In this document: positions 50,944 to 63,303 of the stretch, in pieces | Layout of the letters: each line of letters begins with the position of its first letter | Position numbering within the stretch: position 1 is the stretch's first letter | Assembly: GCA_035084275.1 (NCBI GenBank) | Contig: CM068757.1 | Coordinates: forward strand, 12,214,001-12,278,000 | Source of the DNA: Hydrolagus colliei | Lineage: Eukaryota | Direction: 5' to 3' | Length of the DNA: 64,000 nucleotides | Made by a program: the position numbers and the translations under genes | Notes under the pieces: generated by a model | Databases searched by the model: none | The model's input: the letters and a program-made list of their open reading frames with translations, nothing else | What the model was told of the DNA's origin: nothing

Positions 50944-50993
50944 ATGACGGCATCCCGAGGACAGCCCGATCCATGTCTCTGACTCTGGGAAAG
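50944..50993 (+). CDS. IRAG1: IRAG1 exon with the first PKG site (DDGIPRTARSMSLTLGK)
   Basis: Matches EDGVPRTARSMSLTLGK; ttctcag acceptor, aag|gtaaga donor. Confidence 0.96.
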
Positions 50994-51149
50994 GTAAGAG
51001 CAGGTTTTAGCTGCGTTCAGTTAGAGAGATCGATTCAGCTTCAGCAAACACTATTTGTTTCTGGTGTTTGCTGTGTGTTTGTGGTGCATGCTGTGTGCTG
51101 ATTATCCTCTGTGTTAATTGTGTTCCTTGTGCTATTTATTTGTCCACAA

Positions 51150-51630
51150 GATGCAGATTATTAAGAACTCTGCAGCTCTTGTCCTCTCCCACATCAGGTT
51201 CTGGGAATCTATCATCCATGTTCTTGCCCGGCTCCCCTGGCTCCACATCACTCAGAGAATCGAGTGCAAAACCCTTGTTCGTACATTCAAGGCCCTCCAT
51301 GGTCTTGCTCACCAACCTTATAACCCCATATTGGCCTGTCTACCCTCAGCTCGGCAGACACTAAGTCCCCTGCACTTCCCGTCCCGCCATTGGAGGTTGG
51401 GCATTCAGCATTTCTGCCCCCACACTTTGGATCTCTATCTGTCTCACCCCTTCTTTTGCTTCTTTCAAGTCCCATCTGAAGACCTTCCTCTTTGGCCACC
51501 CTCCCACACCTCACGGCCTCTTCTCCTTCTGACCCCAACTTGGGTCCAAAGCCCTGATTATTCAGTGCTTTGGGAAGTCTTTCTAACATGAGGGAGCTAT
51601 ACAAATGTAATTTGTTGATTGGTTGTTGTG
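51150..51630 (+). mobile_element. Degenerate L2 3' fragment. Similar short L2 pieces at about 2340-2600, 20130-20400, 22930-23130, 28105-28510, 39170-39460, 44990-45315, 48840-49070, 55850-56205 and 63370-63590
   Basis: QIIKNSAALVL...LARLPWLHITQRIECKTLVRTFKALHGLA and the shared ggacgtcctcc...gtgaaaggcgctatataaatgtaatt(ttg)n tail. Confidence 0.8.
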
Positions 51631-51678
51631 TTCATTGTGTGTCCTGTGGATGTTCACACTGTGTTATCTCCCTGACAG

Positions 51679-51780
51679 ACGGTGCCTCGACGAAGGGTCA
51701 GCGTAGCTGTGGTCCCAAAGTTCATCAATTTCCCCGGTCATCCTCCCAGCACTTCAGGTCCCCTGGCCACACTAACCATG
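51679..51780 (+). CDS. IRAG1: IRAG1 exon with the main PKG site RRRVS (TVPRRRVSVAVVPKFINFPG...)
   Basis: Matches MPRRRVSVAVVPKF; gacag acceptor, atg|gtaagt donor. Confidence 0.96.
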
Positions 51781-52558
51781 GTAAGTCAGGTTTCACCCCC
51801 CCACCCCATCCCCTCCGGGCTGCCTGATGAAGATTGGTCCCTATGGGTGAATGGCTATAGGGGAGCAGTGAGAGTCAAACTGTTTAGGAGCGGAGATGAG
51901 GAAACTGATGTTGGGAGATGGGCGGAAGCAAAAAGATTAAAGATCTCTCCCCGGAGGCTCCCACTATAAGTCCAGAGCATAATCCAGTGCAGGTGGGCAA
52001 GAGCGAAGGCTTGGGAGAGTGGTTTGGGATAACTGCTGGAGTACCAGCTGAAACTGCACAGCTTGCTATTGAGAGCACTGCCCTGGCAAGTTAAGCTTTC
52101 CGTTCTCCTTGTCCAGCTAGGACCAGTCTGCACCATTAGGGCTTTGGCTTGCAGGGTTGATGGGAGTCGAGTGGGAAGGAAACCTTCCCTCTCCCCCCCC
52201 CCCCCCCCCCCCAATAATAACTGGGTCATTTCAATCCACAACTGTTTGTGGGACACTACTGTTTACAACTGGCTGCCGCGTTTCACCCTCAAATATACAA
52301 TCAGTTCACTTTACAGTATATTCTGTGAAGCGCTTTGAGACGTTTAGAAGATGTGAAAAGCGCTATATCAAATGCAAGGATTATTACTATCACTGCGGAC
52401 CTCAGGAGTCGGACAACCTCAGGAGACAGCCATATGGCGTGTGTGAGCTCTGCTGCCCTCTGCCCCAGCCAATCTGTGTATGTGTGTGTGTGGGGGGGTA
52501 TGTGTGTGTATTTGTGTGTGATTTTCTCGTGATCGGCTCATTGTGTTTTTGCTTCTAG

Positions 52559-52710
52559 CCAGAGTCAACTAACCCACCAGCCGCCAGCACAACCACCAGC
52601 AGCCCCAGCAGCACTGGTCCCAGCAACCCCAGCAGCCCCAGCAATCCCAGCAGCCCCATCAGCCGGATGGGGGTGCAGTTCGGCCCCCCACTCACCCCTC
52701 ACGTGGAGAA
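52559..52710 (+). CDS. IRAG1: IRAG1 Ser/Pro-rich exon (PESTNPPAAS...PSNPSSPSNPSSPISR...PHVEN)
   Basis: ttctag acceptor and aa|gtaaga donor; 152 nt, phase 0 to 2; ends ...VEN|GK like IRAG1 LLENGK. Confidence 0.85.
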
Positions 52711-53468
52711 GTAAGACACCCCATCACATAAACACTTTCAAAGTTTATTGATGGTCTTTTGTTTTCCATTCGCCCAACACGCAGTCACTGCGCTTCACAG
52801 TACATCCTGTGAAGTACATCCTACTCATGTAAAAGTCACTGTAACAGATGCAAAAATTATTATTATTACTCTACTATTATATTACTGTATTGTACAAACT
52901 AAACTGCCCCACTTCCCCACTCCAAAAATACACTTTCCAGCACTTCAAAAATTAAGCCTTATTTAAAGAAATATTCAGTACTAAGACACTGTGATTATTA
53001 AGATCATCTCAAAAACAACCACTGGTAATCCCCCTATTTGATAATCCTATGGCTGTTTGTGGGACACTGCTATGTGCAATTGGCTGACGCTTTTCGCCCA
53101 CAAATATACAGTCAGTTCACTTTACAGTATATTCTGTGAAGTAATTTGAAGCATTTTGAAGACATGATAAGGAGTTATATTAAATGCAAGCATCATTACT
53201 ATTATTATTATACATTTCAACTGGTGTTTATTTTTATGTGGAGTTTCAAGATCATCCGGAATAAGGCAAATCATCAAATTTAGTAATCCGCTAATCGAAT
53301 AACATCCGGGTTTCTACTTGCTGCTGGGTAAACAGAGGTGTACGGAGTAAGGAAACTTGCCCAGGATTCCACCCTGCCTGGGAAATGAACCCAGGTTCTC
53401 TCTCTTGCGAGGCGAGCACGCTATTTGTAACTTCTCTGGAATCTTTTTTCCCCCCGCAAACTTGAAAG

Positions 53469-53591
53469 TGGGAAGCAGAACGGAGCGGGAACCAGCGGCA
53501 GCAACACGCCTGCTGAAGGACAAGCCAAGCTGGATGAGATAAGCAAGTCTGAGACAAAGGCCAAGATTGAAGAGGAAGCCTACAATAAAGG
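53469..53591 (+). CDS. IRAG1: IRAG1 exon (GKQNGAG...SETKAKIEEEAYNKG)
   Basis: Matches QETKARMEEEAYSKG; gaaag acceptor, gg|gtgaga donor; phase 2 to 2. Confidence 0.93.
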
Positions 53592-55621
53592 GTGAGACGG
53601 TCACAGGAAAAAGGATCACTGCAAGGAATTGAAGGATGTCCCTAATATAGAATGGATACTCATCCAAGCCTCCAAGCACACACATACACGCACACACGCG
53701 TGCAATGTAAACTACTCTCACTTGACATTTTGCGACCAGGTACTTTTGATGCTTTCGCCTGTCATCACTGGGCTCTGACCTCAACTTGCTCACGTAGTAT
53801 CACAGCAAACCCTGTGCTCACAATGGGCTTCTTGTTAAACTGCGCTAACAAGCTGACAACGCTGATCTCTGTAATGTTGCGACAGTTTAAAGTGTCCGCA
53901 AGATCGCGGCAACCAGTTTGCAACATAGCAATGTCCCACAAACAGCCATGGAGTGAGTGATCGATTTTATACGGGAGATTGTTAGCCAGGACTGAGAGAG
54001 AGAAACTTCCATTGTTATTTTTAAGGATCTCTAACGTCCACTTGAACAGGCAGATGTCTCATCCAGTTAGAGCACTCGCCTTACAAGTGAGAAACCTGGT
54101 TTCAATTCCTGGCAGGGTGAAACCTTGGGCAAGTTTCCTTACTCTACAAGCCTAATAATAATCCCTAAAAAAAAACAATAATAAATTGGTCACTCAATCC
54201 ACGACTGTTGGTGGGACACTGCTGTCCGCAATTGACAGCCACGTTTCGCCCACAAATATACAGTCAATTCACTTTACAGAATATTCTGTGAGGCGCTTTG
54301 AGACATCTAGCTGATGTGAAAACCACTATATCAAATGCAAAGATTATTATCAAAGCTGGTTGAGCAGCCTTGGCCAGAGGTGTCATAGGACATCACTGCC
54401 TCAGAACAGTTGAAGCCGTGGTTAAGCGATGCTGAACATGTGGGAAAAAATCTTTGAAACTAATTTTGTAACTGTTTCACACTTTTTCACCCCAGCTCAG
54501 CTGCAAACCCTTGGCTATCCTCCCAACATAAAAAGCGCTGTATAAAAACAATTGGGGACGTTGCTGCATGCAAATTGGCTGCATCATTCACCTGCGAAAC
54601 AGCCAGTTACACTTTAAGGAAGATCCTGTCAAACGCTTTGAGATGTCCTCTTAATGTGAAAGGAGCTGTATCAATGGCAAGGATTATTATTTCGTAACAC
54701 AAGAATAAAATTGGAATCTTTCCCTGCTTTTTTTTTTAGCTTGTGTACCTTCTGACAGTAAAAAAGAAGATGCTTAAAGCATAATCAGTTGCTCGGAGGA
54801 GGTGGGGGATGGTGGGTAGGGAGGGGGGCTGAGGGTGGGGGGGTGCTGCAGAAAGTATTATTTGGATCTGATCAGATTTTTCGATGTCCTGTTACATGCT
54901 CCGTTATCTCACTGAGGCTCCTTTCCTGAAGATACCGTGTGATAGCTCATCCTCATTCCTGTAAATGCCTGACTCTTTTCCCTCACATGTTTACAACAAA
55001 ACCTCTTGGTATTCCACACCCATCAGAGCGCTTGACTGAATTCCTGCGAAGCATAGTGACTATTTATTTCATAGACCAACGCGGCAGACAATTCGCGAAC
55101 ACAGCAATGTCCCTACAAACAGAAATGAAGTGAATGTCCAATTTTATATGGGTGGGGGGGTGATCCACAGGATATTGGAGAGAAATTTCCTTCACTGTTG
55201 CCTTAGTGACATTATAAGCGCTCTGAGACGCCGTCCAGCGTGGACGGTGCTATGTAAATCAAAGTTGTTGTTGTTGTATAACATCATTATGAAGGGGAGC
55301 AGGGAATGGGTGGCCTTTTGGTGCTTTCACCTGTTATCATTGGACATATAATGAGAGTGAAATCTTCTCTCAAGCTAACTTTGTGCTGCTAAATGGCTGG
55401 GAAGGGGTTAGAATCCATTGACACTTACACTCTTAGTTCAACACTTAAAAACCAACTTGGTTCGGAGATTAAAGCATGAAAGCATGTCTGCCGATGGTGG
55501 AATGAAGGAGACAAGGGACAAACAAGCGCAAGGCAAACAGCCCTGAGGCCTTCATCCACTCAGAACAAACCGTTCAATTGCTGGCAAAACTGAATATTTT
55601 TTTTTTTGAATTGTTTCAAAG

Positions 55622-55762
55622 TTACCAAGAAGGCTTGAAGGCCCAGCTGAAGAAGGAGCTGAAAGAGTTGCCAGAGGAAGAGGAGGATGAGGAGGGGAAG
55701 GGTGAGGAAGCGAGTGTGGACGAGATCCCAGATCCCAGCCTCAAAGAGGAAAGAAAGAGCAG
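55622..55762 (+). CDS. IRAG1: IRAG1 acidic exon (YQEGLKAQLKKELKELPEEEEDEE...EERKS)
   Basis: Matches [20 protein letters not shown]; caaag acceptor, ag|gtgggt donor. Confidence 0.92.
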
Positions 55763-56387
55763 GTGGGTCCTTCCTTAACCTCCTGTTAGTTACCCTGAGC
55801 TCAGAGCATGTGCCATTCAGTGCAGTCTATTCTCCCTCAATCTTTCCAACTTACCTCGTCCTCACATTCAAAGCCCTCCACATCCTTGCTCCTTCCTACC
55901 TCTATGACCTGTTAATACCATATCAACCTGTTCCCTCCGCTGAGCAGGCTCCAGCCATCCTGCCCACCCCACCATTGGCAGTGAGCCTTCAGCCCCCACC
56001 CTCCGGAACTCCATCTCACAGTCCCTTTACCTCACTCCCTCACCCCTTGCTTCTTTCAACATGTCTCAAGACCCTCTGATCAAGCCTTCAGCCACCCTCC
56101 ACCCCTCCTGATCCTAGTTCCCTGCACGGGACCAAATGCCTGACCGTCCAGAGCCTTGGAACTTGCTCCCAATGTGAAAGGCTCTGTATAAATGTAATTT
56201 ATTGTTAGTGCACTTGGCAAGACCTCTGTATTAACAATTAGCTCTGCAAACTATTGCTGATTGTTGAATGTCCAGTGCACAGAGTGTTTTGCTCGACACA
56301 CAATGTTGTTTTGAAAGGAAATTGTATCGAAAATCATCTCCAGCTGCAGATTGTGAGCTGATTTTGAACAGATCCTTTTCCTCTCAG

Positions 56388-56411
56388 AATTCATAGAACA
56401 GGTTTCAGAAG
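56388..56411 (+). CDS. IRAG1: Candidate 24-nt in-frame cassette microexon (RIHRTGFR)
   Basis: tccttttcctctcag acceptor and aag|gtgaga donor; symmetric phase 2 to 2, no stop. Confidence 0.5.
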
Positions 56412-56831
56412 GTGAGAGATTTCCGTTTAAATTCACACCATATTTTAATTCAAAGAGACTACAATTGGCAGCTATAATCTAAAAAAAATACCAAGTTGTT
56501 GCCCTGTGGGACTTTGCGTTCTAACTGGTAACAGAGCTATTTGGGGGACATTGCTATATGAAAACTGGGAGCCAGGTTTTGCCTACAAATTGCCCAGCCA
56601 CTCACTTTCCAGTGATTTCTGAGAAGCTTTTTGAGAAGTTTCAAAGACTGTGTTTCAAAAACAAGTACTGTAATATTTAATTATCTTATTTGAGTATAGA
56701 GTTTGGATTTTTTTTAATCTTTCAAATTGTGTCAGATATTTTAGTTTCTTATTCAGAATCTCAGCTCTTGCCTGAGAAACCTTTAGCTGGGTACAACTCA
56801 TTCTGAACTGGTATACGATCATAAAGCAGTC

Positions 56832-57305
56832 ATCAACAACAACAAAATTACATTTTCACGACAGGAGGACGTCCCAAGGCGCTGAACAGTCAGGGGTCAG
56901 GATCAGAGCTATGGGCAGTGGCAGGGTGGGGGAAGGGGAGGGAGAGAGTTGAGAGGGCGACAGAAGGCACAATCAAAGAGGAGGGTCTTGAGACCGGCCT
57001 TGAAGGAGGCGAGGGAGGAAGCAAGGCAAAGGTATTGTGGGATGGAGTTCCAGAGTGTGGGGGCAGAGAGGCTGAACACCAGTCCACCAATGGTAGGGAG
57101 CATGTGCGCAGAATGGAGCCCGCTGAACGAAGGGGTCGGGCAGGCTCACCAATCAGGAGGACCTCAGTCTTGCTGACATTGATCTGAAGAAACTTGTTCC
57201 TCATCCGGGATTCGATGTCAGACAGGCAGGCTGTCAGGTTGCCGGCAGTCCTAGAGTTGAGGGTAGAAGCGGAGAGATAGAGTTGAATGTCATCTGAGTA
57301 CATCT
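56832..57305 (-). mobile_element. Internally deleted L2 3' fragment
   Basis: MYSDDIQLYLS...FLQINVSKTE joined directly to the PTIGG...APTLWNSIP 3' region. Confidence 0.85.
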
Positions 57306-57390
57306 GGGTCATCACTTTTTTGTCCACTGCTTTGCAACATCCTCCTGACGTGAAATAAATGCAAAAATGAAATTTGTTGTTGGCAATAAA

Positions 57391-58535
57391 TAACAACAAC
57401 AAAATTGCACTTATATAGCACCTTTCACGTCAGGAGGACATCCCAAAGCGCCGAACAGTCTGGTTGGGACCTGAACGGGGGGGGGGGGGAAAGCGGGTGG
57501 GAGGGTGGGGGAAGGTTGAAGAAGAGGGAAGGGGAAGGAGAGTGGGAGAGGGGGAAGAGTTAATGGGGCAGCTGAAGGCGCGGTCGAAGAGGAAGGTCTT
57601 GAGACCAACCTTGAAGCAGGAAAGGGAGGAACCAAGGCGGAGGGACTGCGGGATGGAGTTCCACAGTGTGGGAGCAGAGAGGCTGAAAGCCCGGCCGCCG
57701 ATGGTGGGGCGGTTAGGGGGGTGGACGCGGAACAGGCCTGAGTCTGCTGAACAGAGGGTGCGGGTAGGCTGATAGGGAGACAGTAGGTCAGAGAGTTAGG
57801 CGGGGCAAGGCCGTGAATGGCCTTGAAAGTGAGGACAAGGATCTTGAATTCGATCCTCTGGGTGACAGGGAGTCAGTGGAGACGGGCGAGGGTGGGAGTC
57901 ATGTGGTCGCGGAGCCTGGTACGGGAGAGAACACAAGCTACAGAGTTCTGAATGACCTGCAGCCTGTGAAGGGAGGAGCTGGGGAGGCCAATGAGGAGAG
58001 AGTTCCCGTAGTTGAGCCTGAAAGTGATAAAGGCGTGGATGAGGGTTTTGGCAGCATGGGGGGGTTGAGGTAGTGGCAGAGTCTGGCAATATTGCAGAGG
58101 TGATGGAAGGCTGTGCCCGTCATGGAGCGGATGTGGGGGAGGAAGGATAGCTCTGGGTTGAACAAGACGCCCAGATTCCTGATTGGCTTTGAGTAGCCTT
58201 GAAGCAGGAAAGGGAGGAGCCTTGAACGCTGATGTTGTCAGCGCCTGAGATGCAGAGGCGCTGACGTGAGTCAATCAGGAGGGCTTCCGTCTTGTTGACG
58301 TTGAGTTGCAGGAAATTTGCCCTCGTCCAGGACTCGATGTCGGACAGACATGCAATCCGCGTCAACCCTGGAATCGAGGGTTGACGATAGGTAGAGTTGG
58401 GTGTCGTCCGCATACATGTGGAAACTTACCCCATGTCTACGGATGATGTCGCCCAGGGGGAGAGTGTAGAGGGTGAAGAGCAGGAGGCCAAGGACAGAGT
58501 CCTGGGGAACGCCGCATGTGACTGTGCGGAGGCTG
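57391..58535 (-). mobile_element. L2-clade LINE 3' fragment with frameshifted RT
   Basis: Minus strand encodes [50 protein letters not shown] and AKTLIHAFITFRLNYGNSLLIGLP; (TTG)n tail. Confidence 0.92.
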
Positions 58536-59329
58536 GAGGAGAAATAATATAAATTCTAGATTCTCAACTTGTGATAATAACCTTAAATAATAATATTTTT
58601 TACGCTGGTATTGAGTCAGGAGGATATCCCATAGGATAATACACCGTAGATGGCAATGATTGTGTGTTTTGTTTCGCAACAGTTTGCCCCTAGCAACGTC
58701 TCACAAACAGCGGAAGCAGATTTGCAGTTGGTTTGCAAATGACTGTTGAACTTCTGCTTTCATCCCTTTCTGAATGGAAACCAGAGGCATTGGTTACCAT
58801 CGTCTATAATTTGGGGGCTTTCTTGTATAATAACATGAGACTTGTGGAATGAGATGATTAATTTTTTCCTTGATGGTGGCTCAGTGACACTGGCTGAAGT
58901 CATAGTCTGGTGGACAATTATAGTGCTTTCACTTCTTGTGTAAAAAATCAAATCTGGCTGAAGTCTAACTGTAACTTCATTATATAAATTTTTTCATTAC
59001 GGTGTTGCAAGGCGAAGAATTCAATATAAAAAAGGGGTGGGTGGTGGGGAGGAGGGAGGATGGGTGTTCAAAAGTGAGGAAGGGATGCAATCTTCTATGG
59101 GGGAGGTGGATTGAGTATCGGAATGGGATTCCTTATTGCGGAATTCCATTAAGGAACATTACATTTCTACGTCTATTGCGAAAGGGCCTCTTCCCCCTCC
59201 ACGCCCCCACCCCACCACACACACACCACCACCCCTACCAAACTCAATCATTGCGGGAAAAGGGTGCCTATATCTTATGGCCAGAATGTGAATAACAGAA
59301 CTTTTGCCCTCACTCTTTCTCTCTCGTAG

Positions 59330-59576
59330 CAAGCTGGAAGAAGTCTCGGACCTGGTCGACAGACTGTGCCCGAAATGCTTGAAGCATCGGAACGTGGTGT
59401 GGATTCTGGCGGTGGCAGTGATCCTCTTGGCAGTTGTGATCAGCATATTCACGTCTCTCCGTTATCCCTGTGATGACCCGACGAACCCGCCAAATGGCAA
59501 GAGCACGTGCTCGGCCGTGCAGCAGTACCTGTGGGCTTACTCAGGAACCCGACACAAGAACCGCGCACCTGTGTGA
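59330..59576 (+). CDS. IRAG1: IRAG1 terminal coding exon: TM helix (VVWILAVAVILLAVVISIFTSL) plus luminal tail ending YLWAYSGTRHKNRAPV*
   Basis: Pyrimidine tract plus cgtag acceptor; SKLEE...STCSA matches IRAG1; TGA at 59574-59576. Confidence 0.96.
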
Positions 59577-60365
59577 ACGGGGACCGTCCTTTGCTCTGGG
59601 ATTGGGATGTGGGGAGAGGGAGGGTGGGATGAGGTGGATGGGGAGGCCTGAAACACTGTTGACATATCATTCAGACAAAACCCTCACGGACAAATTGAGT
59701 GATAGCAACTTCACAGGTGTTTCCGAAGGAATGTGTTCGCTGGTGTGCGGAGAAAATGGGGATGTTTTACGCCTGAAACAGGGCACGTTCGCACCAACAA
59801 CAACAACTTGCATTTATACAGCGCCCCTCACATAGGGCAACGATTCGTAGCGCTTAACTGTGGCGGAGCCTGACACCAAACCAGGGCCGGGGGTGACCGG
59901 AAGCAACGAGTGTGGAGTCGGTCGCTCAGGTGTTCGACAGGTCCCGAATGAGGCCATTCCTGTGTTAGTTTGTTTTACAGCAGCTTCTCACGTGCTGAAA
60001 CGGGAGTTGTAAAAAGTAATTAACACTTGGAACAGTGTCGTTTAAACCCAACCTTTTACTGTCAGTCCGCAAATGGATCATTTCCAATTGAATTCCATCG
60101 CACCACCCACCCACTCCCCCCCCCCCACAAACGACCAAGACCTTTTAACCTCATAAATGTTCAATTTTAACCCCCGAACTGCTAGCGATGGACAAACCAC
60201 ATCCTTGAGTTATTGCTTTGTCATAGCTTTCAACTGTTTACTAAGCTCAACCCCTTTCACCCAAGCCACTCTCCTTCTACCCCCATCACAGATTTTGTTG
60301 GAAGATATGTAGAATGCAAACAGAGAAGGAAAAAAATACGAGTGAGTGAGTGCGTGTGTGTATAT

Positions 60366-60858
60366 ATAGAATCGTAGAAATCATAGAATATTACAGCACA
60401 GAATATTACAGCTCATTGTACCTGTGCCAGCTCTTTGGAAGAGCTGCTTAATCAGTCCCACTTCCCTGCTCCTTCTCCATACCCTTGCAAATGTTTCTAT
60501 TTTAAGTACCTATCCAGTTCCCTTTTGAAAGTTGTTATTGAATCTGTTTCCACCACCCTTTCAAACAGTGCATTCCAGACCGTAACAACATGTGTGTAAA
60601 AAAAAAATTATTTCATCGTCTCCCCTCTGGTTCTTTTGACATTTATCTTAAATCTATATTTCCTGGTTACTGACTCACCTGCCAGTGGAAACAATTTCTC
60701 CCTATCCACTTTATCAAAACCACTCATAATTTTTGAATCTCACATCTATTACATTTCCCCTTAATTTCCCCCTATTCTTAAGGAAAACAATCCCAGCTTC
60801 TCGTCCCTCTACATAACTAAAGTCCCTCATTCCTGGTATAATTCTGGTAAATCTTCTC
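60366..60858 (-). mobile_element. Degenerate CR1 3' fragment in the putative 3' UTR
   Basis: Minus-strand RRFTRIIPGMRDFSY and a catagaat tail; similar to the 33.9-34.4 kb copy. Confidence 0.85.
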
Positions 60859-61042
60859 CACAACAATGACAAATTACACTTGTATAGCGCCTTTCCTAGC
60901 GCCTTGGTACGTGTATGCATGTGGGATAATTTCCCAACACATTAGCAGCCCAAACAAGCAGCCTGTGGACTGCATCTGTCCCACCAGTTGATTTTATTGC
61001 ACTGGATGCAGCCCGCAGACCTTTCTCAAACAGGGCCGTAAA

Positions 61043-61348
61043 CAGGCCCTCTCAGAGGTTCAGAGAGGCCCGGGCCACTTTCAACTTTTGCGGCCCCTGG
61101 CCATAAAAAAAATAACGGTTAAGTTCCAAATCACAGCCTCACCATATTTGATAAGTACAATATTAGGAAATTATAATTCAAACTTTGATTTTTTAAACAA
61201 ATCTAATAAAAACTTGTAAAAATGTTCGCAACAAGTCGCAAAACTTAACAAATGACAAAAAAATTAACAAGTGTCTAAATTTGAGGCCCCCTTTGAGTTT
61301 GAGGCCCAGGCCAAATGGCCCTCCTTGCCTCCCCTCTGATTGGCCCTG
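61043..61348. mobile_element. 306-bp non-autonomous hAT-type MITE
   Basis: Perfect 8-bp TSD GCCGTAAA (61035-61042 and 61349-61356); imperfect 16-bp TIRs CAGGCCCTCTCAGAGG / CCTCTGATTGGCCCTG (13/16); GGCCC subterminal repeats; AT-rich core. Confidence 0.88.
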
Positions 61349-61591
61349 GCCGTAAAACCTACTGGGCTAAAATTCTGCTCGTTTGGCGATTAGTGATTAG
61401 AATGGTGGAGATCCCTTCAACGAGAGACAAAAACAAAGGTGCCTAATGCTGAACGGAATTTCATCCCAGGTGGCACAGAATATTTTTGTCCTTCAATTGA
61501 TTGTTAATTTGGGAGCAACTCTCCACTCCTCTAGCTACCGCTCCCCCCCCCCCCCCCCCGCACCACACAAGCCCCCAGCCAAGCCCCCGCC

Positions 61592-62022
61592 ACAACAACA
61601 ACAACAACAACAATTTAAACTTATAAAGCGCCTTTCACGTCGGGAGGACGTCCCAAGGCGCTGCACAGGATGCGTGTGACCCGAGCTGGGATGGGAGTGT
61701 ACAGGAACAGGTGAAACACGAAGGGGAGGTCGAAAAGTTCGGGGGGGAACAAAAGGCACGGTCGAAGAGGAAAGTCTTCAAACCGGCCTTGAAAGAGGAA
61801 AGGGAGGAAACAAGGCGGAGGGATTGGGGGATGGAATTCCACAGGGTGGGAGTGGAGAAACTGAAGGCCCGGCCTCCGATGGTGGGGCGGTTCGGGCGGG
61901 GGGCTTGGAGCAGGCCAAATCCTGCTGAACGGAGGGTGGGCTTATAGGGGGAGAGTAAATCAGTTAAATAGGGAGGGGCAAGGCCGTGTAAGGCCTTGAA
62001 GGTGAGGATGAGGATCTTGAAC
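61592..62022 (-). mobile_element. Young L2 3' fragment
   Basis: FKILILTFKALHGLAPPYLTDLL...TLWNSIP...FKAGLKTFLF; (TTG)n tail. Confidence 0.9.
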
Positions 62023-63297
62023 ACACCCTCAGATCCTGTATTTAAGGATTTTCCAAATAATTCTGTCCAATTTTACATTTTAAGGCAGGTAATGATCTCA
62101 AATTTGAGACAGGGAGATATTCCATTTCTCTTCCTCTCCGAGCTGCTTGTATTACACTGTCGTCAGCCGCCAGCTAAGTTGGACTCATGCCCATCCTATG
62201 CTGGTTGTGCTGCTCTAATATGGGTAAAGCTACCTCGAGCCTGTCGGCCCTATCATAACCTACTGCTATGATTGTGTGTCTTACACAAGGGAGAGCATTA
62301 AACATCCACGTGTCAACTTTCTAAATACTATACAGTAAAACTCACATAGCTCACTCGTATCACTTGAGGCCATAACATTTAATACAACAGTATTTTGTTT
62401 GGGAAATGACATATGCATGTGACTGGTTAGATGGTCGATGGCAAACTGGATGTACCTTGGGCTTTATCTGGCAAATTCTTCTGTACTTAACTCAACATAA
62501 CTGACAAAAGGACCTCACCCTCTCTCTTCCGATCATCCTTTTCACCCTACCAACCTGGTTCAGATCAATAGAACAATAGATATTTACCCCCTTTCTGCAA
62601 TAGGTAAACCAGGAAACAAGCGTTTGTTCAGCCAGTCGTGGTGTTGGCCACTTGGAAATGAACACTTCATTTACAGGTGGATACTGAAGCTCATCTCGAT
62701 CTTAAGAGTGTAAGTTCAACCAGGGTTGGTAAAAGTACCAGGGAGGGGTGAGGTGGCTTAAGCTTTTTGGTGAAGCCGAAACGGGAATCAGACAGACCAT
62801 GGCTTCGGTACCTCTCCTTGGGCTTGAAACTAGGTGACATTCGTTACAATGGTGCCCTTTGGACAGGACAAGTTGGACCATTTCTCATCGTGGCTTTAAC
62901 ACGATCGAAAACTCAATTGAATGACTCTTTTTGTTTTGAAAGGTTGGCAATTCCCGAATTGATGCCCTTTGCCCCAGAGTGAAATGCGCACCCCACAACT
63001 GACCGCAGGCTTGTTAGTTTGATAGTGGACACCTGTTCGAAAGAAACCAGTTATTACACTCTATATATATTTGTTTTAAGTGCAATATTTTCTCGTCAGT
63101 ATTATTTGATCACTGTAGTTTATTTTCCTCTGCCCGCCCCTCCTCCCAAAGCACTGATAGTATTGATAGCTTTTCGAAAGTAAGTGTTCCATTTTTCCTT
63201 TGTGTCGTAATATTTGTCTTTTATATCGTGTAAAGGTTTTCAACTTTTAAAAGCTAAATATTGTACTGTATAGTGCCCACCTACTTGATTTTGTTAA

Positions 63298-63303
63298 AAT
63301 AAA
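63298..63303 (+). terminator. Probable IRAG1 polyadenylation signal AATAAA (3' UTR about 59577-63320)
   Basis: AATAAA ends a unique AU/U-rich block (63060-63300) typical of distal 3' UTRs. Another AATAAA at 61205 lies inside a MITE. Confidence 0.55.
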
